DNA of 64,000 nt from an uncultured Spirochaetales bacterium. GTDB lineage: Bacteria; Spirochaetota; Spirochaetia; JABMQR01. Under the pieces are notes generated by a model. That model had not been told where the DNA came from and searched no databases. It worked only from the letters and a program-made list of their open reading frames with translations. Below are positions 54,736-64,000 of the stretch, in pieces. A program made the translations under genes and the position numbers. The first letter of the stretch is position 1. Each line of letters opens with the position of its first letter. The stretch covers positions 560 through 64,559 of the forward strand of contig CAZMOX010000004.1 of the NCBI GenBank assembly GCA_964567895.1, in the 5' to 3' direction.

Positions 54736-56958
54736 ATGAAAATACAAATGATTAAACATATAAGCAGTGTTACACAAACAACGGTATCTCAGGTTGATGC
54801 AGTTCTTCGTCTTTTTGATGAGGGATGTACAGTTCCCTTTATTGCCCGATACAGGAAAGAGGCTACCGGTGAGCTGGATGAAGTCCAGATTCTGGCTATT
54901 CGTGATACACGTGATGCCTATATTGAGCTTGAAAAGAGGCGGGAAGCTATTCTGAAATCCCTCATGGAGAGAGACTTACTAACCCCGGAGTTGGAGAAGG
55001 CGGTTAGGGACTCGGAGAATCTGATTCAACTGGAGGATGTATATCTTCCCTTCAGACCGAAAAAGCGAACCAGAGGAACTATCGCCAGAGCCGCCGGTTT
55101 GGAAGATCTTGCTGAATGGATTTTATCTAAGGGCTCCGGGGCTGAACTGACTGATCCGCTCAGAAATGCATTATGCAGACCGGTCTCTGAAGAAATAGTA
55201 ACTGCAAAAGCTTCAGAATTTCTCAATCCTGAAAGTAAGATAGCAACTCCAAAAGATGCTTTGGCAGGTGCAAGGGACATAATCGCAGAGGTGTTGAACG
55301 AAACAAAAGAGCTTCGCCAGGAACTCCGGCTTCTTTTCACCAAACGGGCTTCGATGTCATCCCGCATAATCAGCATTATGGAAAAAGATCCAAAAGCAGC
55401 AAAATTTCGGGATTATTTCGAGTGGTCTGAGGGAGCTGCCGCTGCACCATCTCACAGAATTTTGGCCGTACTTAGAGGAGCAGCGGAAGGATTTCTCATA
55501 GTTCATTTTCTTCCTGAAGAGGATGATGCTCTCCGGATTATTGATGAGATGGTAATGGGGAGAAACCGGGTTGAGAGTAATGCGGCATCTGCAATGGTAT
55601 GGGAAGCAGCAGTTGAAGGTTTTAAAAGGCTAACTTCTCCATCTCTTGAATATGCTATGGAAAAAGAGTGCAAGGAACGGGCTGATGAGGAGGCCATTCG
55701 GGTTTTCGCAGAAAATATGCGTGAGCTGCTGCTTGCATCACCATTGGGGCAAAAAAGTATTCTTGCCCTGGATCCGGGACTTATTTCCGGTTGTAAGCTT
55801 GTATGTCTTGATGCGAAGGGTGACTTGAAACATAATGATGTAATCTATCCGCTTGTCCCTAAACAGCGTATTGTTGAGTCAGCGAGAATTGTACAGAATC
55901 TGTGTAAACAGTTCGATATAGCGGCTATTGCAGTAGGGAACGGTACCGGCGGCCGTGAAGCAGAGGATTTCGCCCGTCAGGCAGTTGAGGAAATAAAAAC
56001 TGCTGAAGGTGAACCGATTGTTGTGGTGATGGTAAATGAGAGCGGAGCTTCTATCTATTCAGCATCCGCAATTGCCCGGGAAGAGTTTCCTGATAAAGAT
56101 TTAACCGTTCGGGGAGCGGTTTCTATAGGGCGTCGCCTCATGGATCCACTGGCTGAATTGGTTAAAATCGATCCCCAGTCGATAGGTGTGGGACAATATC
56201 AGCATGATGTAAATCAGCGGCTTCTAAAAAGGGCTCTGGATGATGTAGTGCTCTCCTGTGTTAACTCTGTTGGTGTAGAGATAAATACTGCCAGTAAGCA
56301 GCTCCTCAGCTATGTGTCGGGCATTTCCAGCCGGACTGCTGAGGCTATCTGCAGTTATCGTGAGGCGCATGGAAAAATCAGGGGTCGGAATCAGCTGAAA
56401 GAGGTTGCCGGGATCGGTGCAAAAGTATTCGAGCAGGCTGCAGGATTTCTCCGAATTCGCAATGCAGTAAATCCTCTCGATTCCAGTGCCGTTCACCCGG
56501 AAGCATATCCTGTAGTGCAGAAGATGGCTGAGGATTTAGGCTGTTCAGTTTCTGAACTTGTTTCCAGTAATGATTTTCGCCGAGAAATCAATCTGGAAAA
56601 GTATGTCTCTGATGCATTCGGTCTTCCCACGCTTCGGGATATTCTACAGGAGCTGGAAAAACCGGGCAGAGATCCAAGGGCGGAGTACGAGATATTCCAA
56701 TTCTCTGATCAAGTGCATACGCCAAAGGATTTGGCTGATGGGATGGTTCTTCCCGGTATCGTGACGAATGTTACGGCTTTTGGTGCTTTTGTGGATATTG
56801 GTGTACATCAGGATGGGCTGGTTCATATAAGTCAGCTTGCTGATAAGTTTGTACAGGATCCTTCTGCTATTGTGAAGGTTCACCAGAAAGTTATGGTAAA
56901 AGTATTGAGCCTCGATCTTGAAAGGAATAGAATCGGACTATCAATGAAGGGTCTGTAA
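54736..56958 (+). CDS. tex: Transcription accessory protein Tex (HhH + YqgF + S1 domains)
   Basis: N-terminal VPFIARYRKEATG motif, a central YqgF-like region, and a C-terminal S1 domain (GMVLPGIVTNVTAFGAFVDIGVHQDGLVHISQL). Confidence 0.9.
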   Translation: MKIQMIKHISSVTQTTVSQVDAVLRLFDEGCTVPFIARYRKEATGELDEVQILAIRDTRDAYIELEKRREAILKSLMERDLLTPELEKAVRDSENLIQLEDVYLPFRPKKRTRGTIARAAGLEDLAEWILSKGSGAELTDPLRNALCRPVSEEIVTAKASEFLNPESKIATPKDALAGARDIIAEVLNETKELRQELRLLFTKRASMSSRIISIMEKDPKAAKFRDYFEWSEGAAAAPSHRILAVLRGAAEGFLIVHFLPEEDDALRIIDEMVMGRNRVESNAASAMVWEAAVEGFKRLTSPSLEYAMEKECKERADEEAIRVFAENMRELLLASPLGQKSILALDPGLISGCKLVCLDAKGDLKHNDVIYPLVPKQRIVESARIVQNLCKQFDIAAIAVGNGTGGREAEDFARQAVEEIKTAEGEPIVVVMVNESGASIYSASAIAREEFPDKDLTVRGAVSIGRRLMDPLAELVKIDPQSIGVGQYQHDVNQRLLKRALDDVVLSCVNSVGVEINTASKQLLSYVSGISSRTAEAICSYREAHGKIRGRNQLKEVAGIGAKVFEQAAGFLRIRNAVNPLDSSAVHPEAYPVVQKMAEDLGCSVSELVSSNDFRREINLEKYVSDAFGLPTLRDILQELEKPGRDPRAEYEIFQFSDQVHTPKDLADGMVLPGIVTNVTAFGAFVDIGVHQDGLVHISQLADKFVQDPSAIVKVHQKVMVKVLSLDLERNRIGLSMKGL

Positions 56959-57039
56959 GTCTGGAGATTGAAATTTTTTGTTCTCATACTGTCTAAATAG
57001 CCTGCAGAGAGACAAATATTTTTCTGGAAAAGGGTTCCT

Positions 57040-60000
57040 ATGAAGATTACTTCCAAGTATACATTGAGTTTATTTATTATAGGGTTACTTATTACCAGCA
57101 TAACAAGTCTGTTCTATTTTATTACCTATCGGAATGAAGTTATACAGAATACTCAAAATCAACTATTGAACTTTAGCAACGATTCAGCCTACCACCTACA
57201 GGAAGAGTTGTTAAACAAGACACAAATGGCTCTCACGATTACCACAACCCCATTGGTAAAAGAGATTCTTGCAGAGAGTAATCAGTATTTTGGGAGCATG
57301 GAAGATTATAGACGAGTAGATGTAATTAACCAATTAAATTCTGAGTGGATGGCCTCAGATGCAGATAGCTCGCTAGTACGCAGCAGAATGGAAAACGATA
57401 TTGCTGAATACTTAATCGACTTGCAGAGTCAATTCCCTGATACTATTGGAGAAATTTTTCTGACCAACATCTATGGTGCAGTAGTTAGTACAACGACAAA
57501 ACTTACTACCTTTGCGCATGCGGATAAGTATTGGTGGCAAGGAGCATATAATGCGGGAGAAGGGATCTCTTATTTTGATGATCGTGGATACGATACGAGT
57601 GTAGATGGATATGTACTGGGCGTAGTTACTCCAGTAAAAATTGATGGGCAGATAGCAGGGATCCTGAAAATCAATTTTTTACTTGGAAACCTTCTACAGA
57701 ACACCGTAAAAGAATCACCTTTAGAGGGAAGAAATCTTATAATTTCGCGCTTGGGAGGAGAGATTGTTAAAGAGAAAGGCAAAGAACCACTTTCAACAGA
57801 GATGGATAATGCCTATATGCAGTGGATGCAGAGCGGCCAGGCAAATAGTGCGGTAACATATGATAGAAAAGAGAATAGATTCATCTCCTATTCAGTCCTG
57901 CAGTTCTCTGATAAGTATCAGTTTGGCGGGTCATCTGAATCAATTGATCATCGGCAGGGGAATCAGGGAGAACCCTGGGTTGTAGTGTCTACATATGACC
58001 AGAATGCGGCGTTCTCTGGTTTTATTACGCAAATATGGTATATCGCAGTAAGTGGATTAGTAGTTCTGATTGGTCTTGCTTTTCTCTCAATTGTTATCAG
58101 CAGATTTATGGTTCGCCCAATAAAAGAGTTGGTGGAATTTTCCAAGCGTATAGGTTCAGGTAATTTTGGTGTCAAGGTGCTTAGTCATCGTACTGATGAA
58201 TTGGGTATGCTTGCACAAACCATGAATACCATGGCGAACGATCTTTTTGCAACAATGGCATCACGAAATGAGCTTGAGGAGCAAATTGCTTTACGTAAAA
58301 AGGAAGAAGAGAAGTTCCAGCAGCTTTTTACCACTATGAGTGAGGGATTTGCAACACATGAAATAATTCTTGATGAACAGGGGAATCCGGTAGACTATCG
58401 ATTTTTCTCAATCAATCCCGCTTTTGAACGGGAAACAGGATTGATAGCATCAGAAATAGTAGGGAAAACGGTACGGGAAGTAATGCCTGGAACTGAGGAG
58501 TATTGGATACGGAAATATGGTGAGGTTGCACTTACGGGGGAATCTGTTATATTTGAGCAGTACTCCTCTGAAATTGATAAATATTTTCGAGTTGTTGCAT
58601 TTTCTCCATCGTATGGAGAGTTTGCTACCATATTTTCTGATATTAGCAACATAAAAAAAGCTGAGCAGCAGCTAACTAATGATGGAAATTTATTTTATAC
58701 CACATTAAACACTATTTCAGATGCAGTAATTGTTACTGATGCTTCGGGATGTATCTCTTTTATCAATAAGGAAGCACAAGCGTTAATGCAATGGAGTGTC
58801 GCTGAAACTCTCGGGAATCCCGTTGCCGATGTATGCGATTTTTTTCATCTGGATGAAGATGAGTGTCCCGTATCAATTGCCCTGAAAGAGGGGAGAGGGT
58901 ACGAGACACAGGTGCCAATTCAGGTAGTTTTACATGATGGGATGGAGAGGCAGATTGAGTATGCTATTTCTCCAATTTCTACAAATGAGGGGAAGATTTT
59001 CGGCATCGTTATTGTCTGCAGGGATGTTACGGCGAAAGAGAGACAACGTGAAATCTTGATACGCTCGGATAAGCTTGATTCACTGGGTGAATTGGCAGGT
59101 GGAATAGCACATGATTTCAATAATTACTTGGCGGGAATCTTTGGGTATATTGAACTTGCAATCAGTATGTTGGAAACAACAGGAGAGAGAACAGAAATTG
59201 AGTATCTTCAGAAGGCACTTGGGGTGTTTGAGAAGACGAAAGAGCTTACCCAGCGATTGTTAACATTTTCAAAAGGCGGATCACCGAAAACAGAGGTAGT
59301 ATCTCTGGGAACATTGTTGCGAAACAGTACAGAATTTACTCTTAGCGGTTCTAATATTATCCCTCGTTTTGGTATAAATGAAGACCTTTGGGAATGCTCG
59401 TGCGATGTGCAGCAGATAGAACAATGCATTGCAAATATGGTTATTAATGCAAAACAGGCAATGTTTGAATGTGGAGAACTTGTTATAACAGCAGAAAATA
59501 TAGCTAATATTCCGTACCATTTTGATATGGCTAAAGAGGCAGCTAATTACATAAAGATTTGTATTGCTGATGAAGGGCCTGGAATTCCCCCGGAAGTGCT
59601 TTCAAAGATTTATGATCCATTTTTTTCAACAAAAGAGACAGGGCAGGGACTGGGATTGGCAATGGTGTATTCAATTATAAAGAAACACAAAGGGTGGATA
59701 GATGTAGAAACAACATTGGGAAAAGGAACTGATTTCACCTTTTTCCTGCCTGCAGATCAGCAGGATTTGCGAAAGGTAAAAGGAAAGGTTAATTCAGATT
59801 TTCACAAAGGTGAAGGACAAATTTTAGTTATGGATGACCATGAGTTTATGCGGAAAATAACAACTGAAATGCTTCAGCTTTTGGGTTATACGGTGATAGC
59901 AGTTGCAAGTGGGGATGAGGCTCTCATAGCTGTTCAGGAGTCTCTGAATGCCGATGTAGGATCCAAAATTTCTGCATGTATTTTGGATCTGATACTCCCC

Positions 60001-60207
60001 GGTGATATGGGCGGTAAAGAGGTAGCTGGTAAAATCAAACAATTATCTCCGGAATTAGTGTGTATAGCTTCCAGCGGGTATGCTGAAGATCCTGTTATGG
60101 CATCACCTAAGAGTTTTGGTTTTACAACCAGCATTGCCAAACCCTTTTTGCTTAATGACTTATCACGAATTTTAAAGGATGCGCTGGAAGCAGAACGCAT
60201 AATATGA
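57040..60207 (+). CDS. Hybrid sensor histidine kinase (periplasmic Cache-like sensor, HAMP, 2x PAS, HisKA, HATPase, C-terminal receiver)
   Basis: Two TM segments flank a ~300-aa periplasmic domain. H-box LGELAGGIAHDFNNYL. A REC domain has the phospho-Asp context ILDLILPGDMGG. Confidence 0.85.
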   Translation: MKITSKYTLSLFIIGLLITSITSLFYFITYRNEVIQNTQNQLLNFSNDSAYHLQEELLNKTQMALTITTTPLVKEILAESNQYFGSMEDYRRVDVINQLNSEWMASDADSSLVRSRMENDIAEYLIDLQSQFPDTIGEIFLTNIYGAVVSTTTKLTTFAHADKYWWQGAYNAGEGISYFDDRGYDTSVDGYVLGVVTPVKIDGQIAGILKINFLLGNLLQNTVKESPLEGRNLIISRLGGEIVKEKGKEPLSTEMDNAYMQWMQSGQANSAVTYDRKENRFISYSVLQFSDKYQFGGSSESIDHRQGNQGEPWVVVSTYDQNAAFSGFITQIWYIAVSGLVVLIGLAFLSIVISRFMVRPIKELVEFSKRIGSGNFGVKVLSHRTDELGMLAQTMNTMANDLFATMASRNELEEQIALRKKEEEKFQQLFTTMSEGFATHEIILDEQGNPVDYRFFSINPAFERETGLIASEIVGKTVREVMPGTEEYWIRKYGEVALTGESVIFEQYSSEIDKYFRVVAFSPSYGEFATIFSDISNIKKAEQQLTNDGNLFYTTLNTISDAVIVTDASGCISFINKEAQALMQWSVAETLGNPVADVCDFFHLDEDECPVSIALKEGRGYETQVPIQVVLHDGMERQIEYAISPISTNEGKIFGIVIVCRDVTAKERQREILIRSDKLDSLGELAGGIAHDFNNYLAGIFGYIELAISMLETTGERTEIEYLQKALGVFEKTKELTQRLLTFSKGGSPKTEVVSLGTLLRNSTEFTLSGSNIIPRFGINEDLWECSCDVQQIEQCIANMVINAKQAMFECGELVITAENIANIPYHFDMAKEAANYIKICIADEGPGIPPEVLSKIYDPFFSTKETGQGLGLAMVYSIIKKHKGWIDVETTLGKGTDFTFFLPADQQDLRKVKGKVNSDFHKGEGQILVMDDHEFMRKITTEMLQLLGYTVIAVASGDEALIAVQESLNADVGSKISACILDLILPGDMGGKEVAGKIKQLSPELVCIASSGYAEDPVMASPKSFGFTTSIAKPFLLNDLSRILKDALEAERII

Positions 60208-60860
60208 CTACAAAAATTATAGTGTACGCAGTTGCCTGCCTGATAATTCTCTATATAGTTGAACAGGTACTAATGACCCCCTATATCATTAAAACAATCG
60301 TCAAGGTACCCATGTTTACCTTGTTTCCATTTCTTCTTCAACAACATTTGTTAAAATCAAAAGTCTCTCTAAAGATGAAAAGGTCAGAGCAGAAATTTAC
60401 TCTTTTCTGGTCAATTTTCGTTTTTGTACTTATCTTTGCTGCTGCTTTTTCTTTGAAATCATTCATCGATACCGAGGCAATCAGTTCTGATTTCGGCAAC
60501 CGTATGCAGTTGAGCAGGAACAGCATGATTATAGCCGGAATATATACCATATTTGTCAATTCATTCATTGAAGAGTACTTTTTTAGAGGATTCATATTTC
60601 AGGAAATGTTTAAACAGGGACGGAATAGATCTGCTTATCTTATCTCGTCAGCTGCTTTCGCTATCTATCATGTAAGTATATTTGAAGCATGGTTTAGTGT
60701 ATGGCTCATGATGATTATGCTGCTTGGTTTGTTTGTCGGTGGATTGCTGTTTGCATATTTTGTGAAGAAAACCGGGAGTATCTTGGCCTCCTGGCTGATA
60801 CATGTTAGTGCCGATCTTGCACTGGTTCTCTTTGGTTTTTTGGTTCTGGATTTATTGTGA
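60204..60860 (+). CDS. CPBP-family (CAAX/Abi) intramembrane metalloprotease
   Basis: Motifs EEYFFRGFIF, FAIYH and HVSADL. ATGA start-stop overlap with the upstream kinase. Confidence 0.8.
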   Translation: MTTKIIVYAVACLIILYIVEQVLMTPYIIKTIVKVPMFTLFPFLLQQHLLKSKVSLKMKRSEQKFTLFWSIFVFVLIFAAAFSLKSFIDTEAISSDFGNRMQLSRNSMIIAGIYTIFVNSFIEEYFFRGFIFQEMFKQGRNRSAYLISSAAFAIYHVSIFEAWFSVWLMMIMLLGLFVGGLLFAYFVKKTGSILASWLIHVSADLALVLFGFLVLDLL

Positions 60861-60882
60861 TGATTCTTTGGTAGTGATTTTG

Positions 60883-62388
60883 CTAGCCTTTATACCACTT
60901 CTGGATATCCTCAAATAACTGCTTCCGACTCTCCTCCCAGATATAGAACATATGCCCGCCTTTATAATACTTCACGGTGAGTTTTTCTTTCTGTTCATCG
61001 GTAAGTTTCATAAGGTGTGTGAGCCGTTCAGCAGCGAAATATGCGGTAACCAGATCGAATATTCCATGAGTAAGAAATACTTTCATATCGGGATTAAGGC
61101 TCATACCGAAACGCAGATCATCGGTTGCTCCCACTTGTGAATCCAGGGCATGTTCACGAGTATCGACTTCCCACTTCTTGTTTACTTCCATACTGAGTAG
61201 TTCATAGTTACGTTCTGTCTGAAGCCCTATGGTCTTCCGGAGTTGTGTATTTATACCCGCAGCAAAGACCCGTTCAGCCTGATGCAGAGTTGGATCCGGT
61301 CCGCTGTAGCTGTCCCTATCCGGATAGGGGTCGGTTACTTTGAGCGATATATCGTAAAGCCCCAGGTGTTTCCCTTCATCCCGTAAAAGATTTTTTGCAA
61401 AATAATCTATTTCAATCCGTCCATTTTTGGCCTGCATCACTTTTCTGGGGAGTCCAATATAGTCAGCTGCCTGATTGAGTATTTGGTTTTTTTTCGCCTC
61501 TCCGTACAGGTCTCCGGCTGCAAGGATAGGTAAAAGCTGTTTAACTGCAAACTGCTCCGCTTTCTTCATATAACTTTCCAGAGTTTCATTATCATCGGTT
61601 TTACGGCTCTTCTTGTGGAGTTTTGCTGCTGCAGCCATAACTGGGAACGAGTCGATCCAGTTCAGGACGGAGTAATCCGATCCGTCGAGCAGCGAAAATT
61701 CCATAGCCGGGGAAATTATGACCGCTCCGCTTAAACCTACCCCAAAATCCTTCTGCAGAATTTTGGTCAGTTTTGCAGTTCTATAGCCACCGTAACTTTC
61801 ACCGGCAATGTAAATGGGAGACTCCCAGCGGTTATTCTTTGATAAATATGAGCTGATAAATTCACCAAGTGACTCAAGGTCACGTTTTACTTTCCAGTAT
61901 TCACTACGCTCTTTTCCCGATTCATCTTTTACAGCAGCAGAATCCTTTTTTTCCGAATCATCTATAGTGGAGCTAAACCCGGTTCCGATTGGATCGATAA
62001 AAACCAGATCAGTGAACTGCAGCCAGGTGTCAGCATTATTCTCAAGTTGATAAGGGGGTGGGTTGACTGTTCCATTCTGAGCAAATATTGCTTTCTGGGG
62101 TCCAAGAGCTCCCAGGTGAAGGTAGACTGAAGATGCGCCCGGGCCGCCGTTAAATACAAAAGTTATGGGTCTGTCTGGATTTTCACTGGAAGTTGAATAA
62201 CTGATATAAAACATCTCTGCTTTCGGTTTTTTATCTTTACGCAATATGAGCCAATCAGCTGATGCTGAGTAAGGTGTTTCCTTCTTATTCATCACCATTT
62301 TCAAATTTACTGCTGAGCCAACGGGCGGGGTGTATGAAGTTGGATTCTCAGTTCTGCTTTTTTGTTCGTTTTTTTCTACTTCTGCCAT
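60883..62388 (-). CDS. S10-family serine carboxypeptidase-like protein
   Basis: GESYGG nucleophile motif, FNGGPGASS oxyanion region, ~500 aa. Confidence 0.7.
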   Translation of the reverse strand: MAEVEKNEQKSRTENPTSYTPPVGSAVNLKMVMNKKETPYSASADWLILRKDKKPKAEMFYISYSTSSENPDRPITFVFNGGPGASSVYLHLGALGPQKAIFAQNGTVNPPPYQLENNADTWLQFTDLVFIDPIGTGFSSTIDDSEKKDSAAVKDESGKERSEYWKVKRDLESLGEFISSYLSKNNRWESPIYIAGESYGGYRTAKLTKILQKDFGVGLSGAVIISPAMEFSLLDGSDYSVLNWIDSFPVMAAAAKLHKKSRKTDDNETLESYMKKAEQFAVKQLLPILAAGDLYGEAKKNQILNQAADYIGLPRKVMQAKNGRIEIDYFAKNLLRDEGKHLGLYDISLKVTDPYPDRDSYSGPDPTLHQAERVFAAGINTQLRKTIGLQTERNYELLSMEVNKKWEVDTREHALDSQVGATDDLRFGMSLNPDMKVFLTHGIFDLVTAYFAAERLTHLMKLTDEQKEKLTVKYYKGGHMFYIWEESRKQLFEDIQKWYKG

Positions 62389-62484
62389 ATTAGTATCCTT
62401 TACAAGTTTTTCACAAATAAATTATACATTACTTTTTATATTTTGATATACTCAAATCTTTAATTAATAAGAAATAGACTCAAC

Positions 62485-63162
62485 TTGCTGCTGAAAAAAG
62501 GAAATATAGATGCAGATTATAAATATATTGGCTCCAGTACTTCTGCTGGTCTGCCGGTAATCTTATATGCACTAATTATAGGGGCTGAGAACAGCAGATT
62601 GATCGATGCCGCAAGTATGGCTGTTGCCCCGATGATTCCCTTTGTTAATCTTCTTTCGATTGTTGTCATGGGGGGAGGGGAAGCTGGTGATAAGGGTATA
62701 GTCAGGAGATTGCTGATGATATTGAAAAAGATACTTCTGAATCCACTTATCATAGCCTGTATAAGTGGTTTGCTGGTCTCCTATTTAGGCATAACTCTGC
62801 CAAGTTTATTGAACCGCAGTTTGGATTCATTAGGCAATATGGCTCTGCCTCTGGCTCTCTTAAGTATAGGTGCCGGCCTCTCATTTGGATCATTGAAAGG
62901 AACTGTTTTTCCCACAGTGACTGCTGCTTTTTTTAATGTATTTCTGCTGCCTGTTGTTGGTTATCTATGCAGTCGTTACTTTGGACTATCTGATAACTAT
63001 ACTCTGATTGCCATGATTTTTCTTGCCTGTCCGACAGCGGCTGCAACATTTGTGTATGCCCGGGAAATGGATGGTGATCATATATTTGCTGGGAATGTAA
63101 TTGTTTTAAGCACGCTATTCTCAATCATATCCTTGGGGCTGGTATTAGCATTATTTCTCTAG
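62485..63162 (+). pseudogene. AEC-family (auxin-efflux-carrier/Mem_trans) transporter, apparently disrupted: strong RBS+ATG (62510, MQIINILAPVLLLV) terminates after 16 codons; remaining ORF in -1 frame lacks ~TM2-TM4
   Basis: AAGGAA RBS 7 nt before ATG 62510, with a stop at 62558. The downstream frame encodes only the C-terminal 5-TM half (LLNPLIIAC...ACPTAAATFVYARE) plus a short piece of the N-terminal half. Confidence 0.4.
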
Positions 63163-63644
63163 GGAATGATATCAATTATTTTTTGGATATTATCTCTACT
63201 CTTCATAAACTTCCTGAACATCTCTCCGGATAATTCGAGAGACGCGGTATTCCGGTTTGGGTGAAATGATACAATATCGGCTTCCCAAACATCCCGGTCA
63301 ACTAAAACATATACGCTGTTTTCAGTATCGTTAATCAAACCAAAGGGTGAAACAGCGCCGGGGGTGAGGCCGAGGAATTCCTTAAGCTTTTTTACATTTG
63401 CGAAGCTGACACTTTTTTCTCCGACTATTGCGGCAATCTGTTTCAAGTCAGCACGTTTAGCTGCTGGAAGGATACAAAGGTAGTATGCTCTTTTTTTCTC
63501 ATTTCGCAAGAACAGATTCTTACAGGGAAGTCCGGGAATATGGCTGCAGTGCTTTTCGGCCTCTTCACAGGTGTAAACTGCCGGGTGTTCATGGAGGATG
63601 AATTCAACGTGGTGTTCGTTTAGGTATGTTTCAACTGTTGTCAT
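63159..63644 (-). CDS. YbaK/ProX-family aminoacyl-tRNA deacylase
   Basis: YbaK-domain pattern CKNLFLRN...GAVSPFG; 161 aa. Confidence 0.75.
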   Translation of the reverse strand: MTTVETYLNEHHVEFILHEHPAVYTCEEAEKHCSHIPGLPCKNLFLRNEKKRAYYLCILPAAKRADLKQIAAIVGEKSVSFANVKKLKEFLGLTPGAVSPFGLINDTENSVYVLVDRDVWEADIVSFHPNRNTASLELSGEMFRKFMKSRDNIQKIIDIIP

Positions 63645-63660
63645 GTTTTTTCCTATTACC

Positions 63661-64000
63661 TTAAAATTTTTTGAATTTATATCCCCGACCCCGCACTGTT
63701 ATGATAAATTTTGGGATATCACTTTTTTCCAGTTTATGGCGGAGCTTGCCAATATGGACATCAACAGTCCGTGTTGTTGATTCACTGTCATATCCCCACA
63801 CCTCATCCAGCAGTTTGTTTCTGGATAAGATCTGATTGGGATGATTTACCAGATAGAGCAGGAGGCGATACTCTTGAACCTGCAGGGGAATGACTTCATC
63901 ACCTCTACGCAGCTCTTCCAACTGCGTATCAAAAGTGAATGGTAGAAATTGTATTATGGCGGGGAGGGCAGGATCAGCCTTCGTGATTTCTCCATTGTAT
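63661..64000 (-). CDS. OmpR/PhoB-family response regulator, C-terminal winged-helix part; N-terminal receiver lies beyond the window end
   Basis: Winged-helix motifs LLLYLVNHPNQILSRNKLLDEVWG and TVDVHIGKLRHKL. The ORF is open to the window edge. Confidence 0.7.
   Translation of the reverse strand, partial: YNGEITKADPALPAIIQFLPFTFDTQLEELRRGDEVIPLQVQEYRLLLYLVNHPNQILSRNKLLDEVWGYDSESTTRTVDVHIGKLRHKLEKSDIPKFIITVRGRGYKFKKF

Noticed and set aside
1-64000. tRNA, rRNA, transposase/integrase or IS elements
   Set aside because: No cloverleaf-like conserved tRNA boxes, rRNA-like segments, or transposase/integrase ORFs were recognised by eye in intergenic regions or the ORF set. The tRNA call is soft without a dedicated scan (tRNAscan/Infernal).

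Overview
The window is a densely coded 64-kb chromosomal stretch from an anaerobe-like bacterium, with genes on both strands. Gene content hints at a Spirochaetia-like lineage: a long roughly 420-aa PRPP synthetase, the EF-P beta-lysylation genes epmA/epmB, CUT1-type sugar ABC components, Tex, and an FkpA lipoprotein. This lineage call is tentative. No rRNA, tRNA, CRISPR array or transposase was recognised.

Main blocks, in order:
(1) 1-4.2 kb: an AraC regulator and three paralogous tandem SnoaL/NTF2-like genes.
(2) 4.6-20.2 kb: a LacI-linked catabolic island. It has an ABC substrate-binding protein (SBP) and two permeases with no ATPase, a fourth SnoaL-like gene, an Ldh2-family dehydrogenase, a creatininase-family hydrolase, an L-fucose-isomerase-family protein, a UroD/MtaA-like protein and an HpcH-family aldolase. 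It also has an archaeal type-II GAPDH, an archaeal-type phosphoglycerate kinase (PGK) fused in-frame to a LarA-like (nickel-pincer) racemase domain, and an Asp/Glu racemase.
(3) 20.3-24.2 kb: a class-V PLP enzyme, a truncated PNPOx-like gene, a UPF0210-like remnant, and hipBA.
(4) 24.4-28.3 kb: a Cys-type formate dehydrogenase alpha subunit (fdhA) with mobB and mobA.
(5) 28.3-32.9 kb: a cNMP-binding protein, a DMT transporter, an AspRS-derived fragment ORF, the long PRPP synthetase (PRS), a NusG paralog and a GNAT.
(6) 33.0-40.6 kb: a Pel-type exopolysaccharide locus, pelE-like, pelF, pelG on the + strand, converging on a 618-aa exported protein and pelD on the - strand.
(7) 40.7-45.5 kb: an MFS transporter and the epmB / Rrf2 / efp / epmA module.
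(8) 45.6-64 kb: an M16C peptidase, class-I fumarate-hydratase-type alpha/beta subunits, a prenyltransferase-repeat-like hypothetical, a 7TMR-DISM GGDEF cyclase, FkpA, ThiF/MoeB, Tex, a hybrid histidine kinase coupled to a CPBP protease, an S10 carboxypeptidase, a disrupted AEC transporter, YbaK/ProX, and a partial OmpR-type regulator.

The most unusual content is the archaeal gap plus pgk::larA fusion inside the sugar-catabolic island. Several decayed gene fragments also mark accessory junctions.
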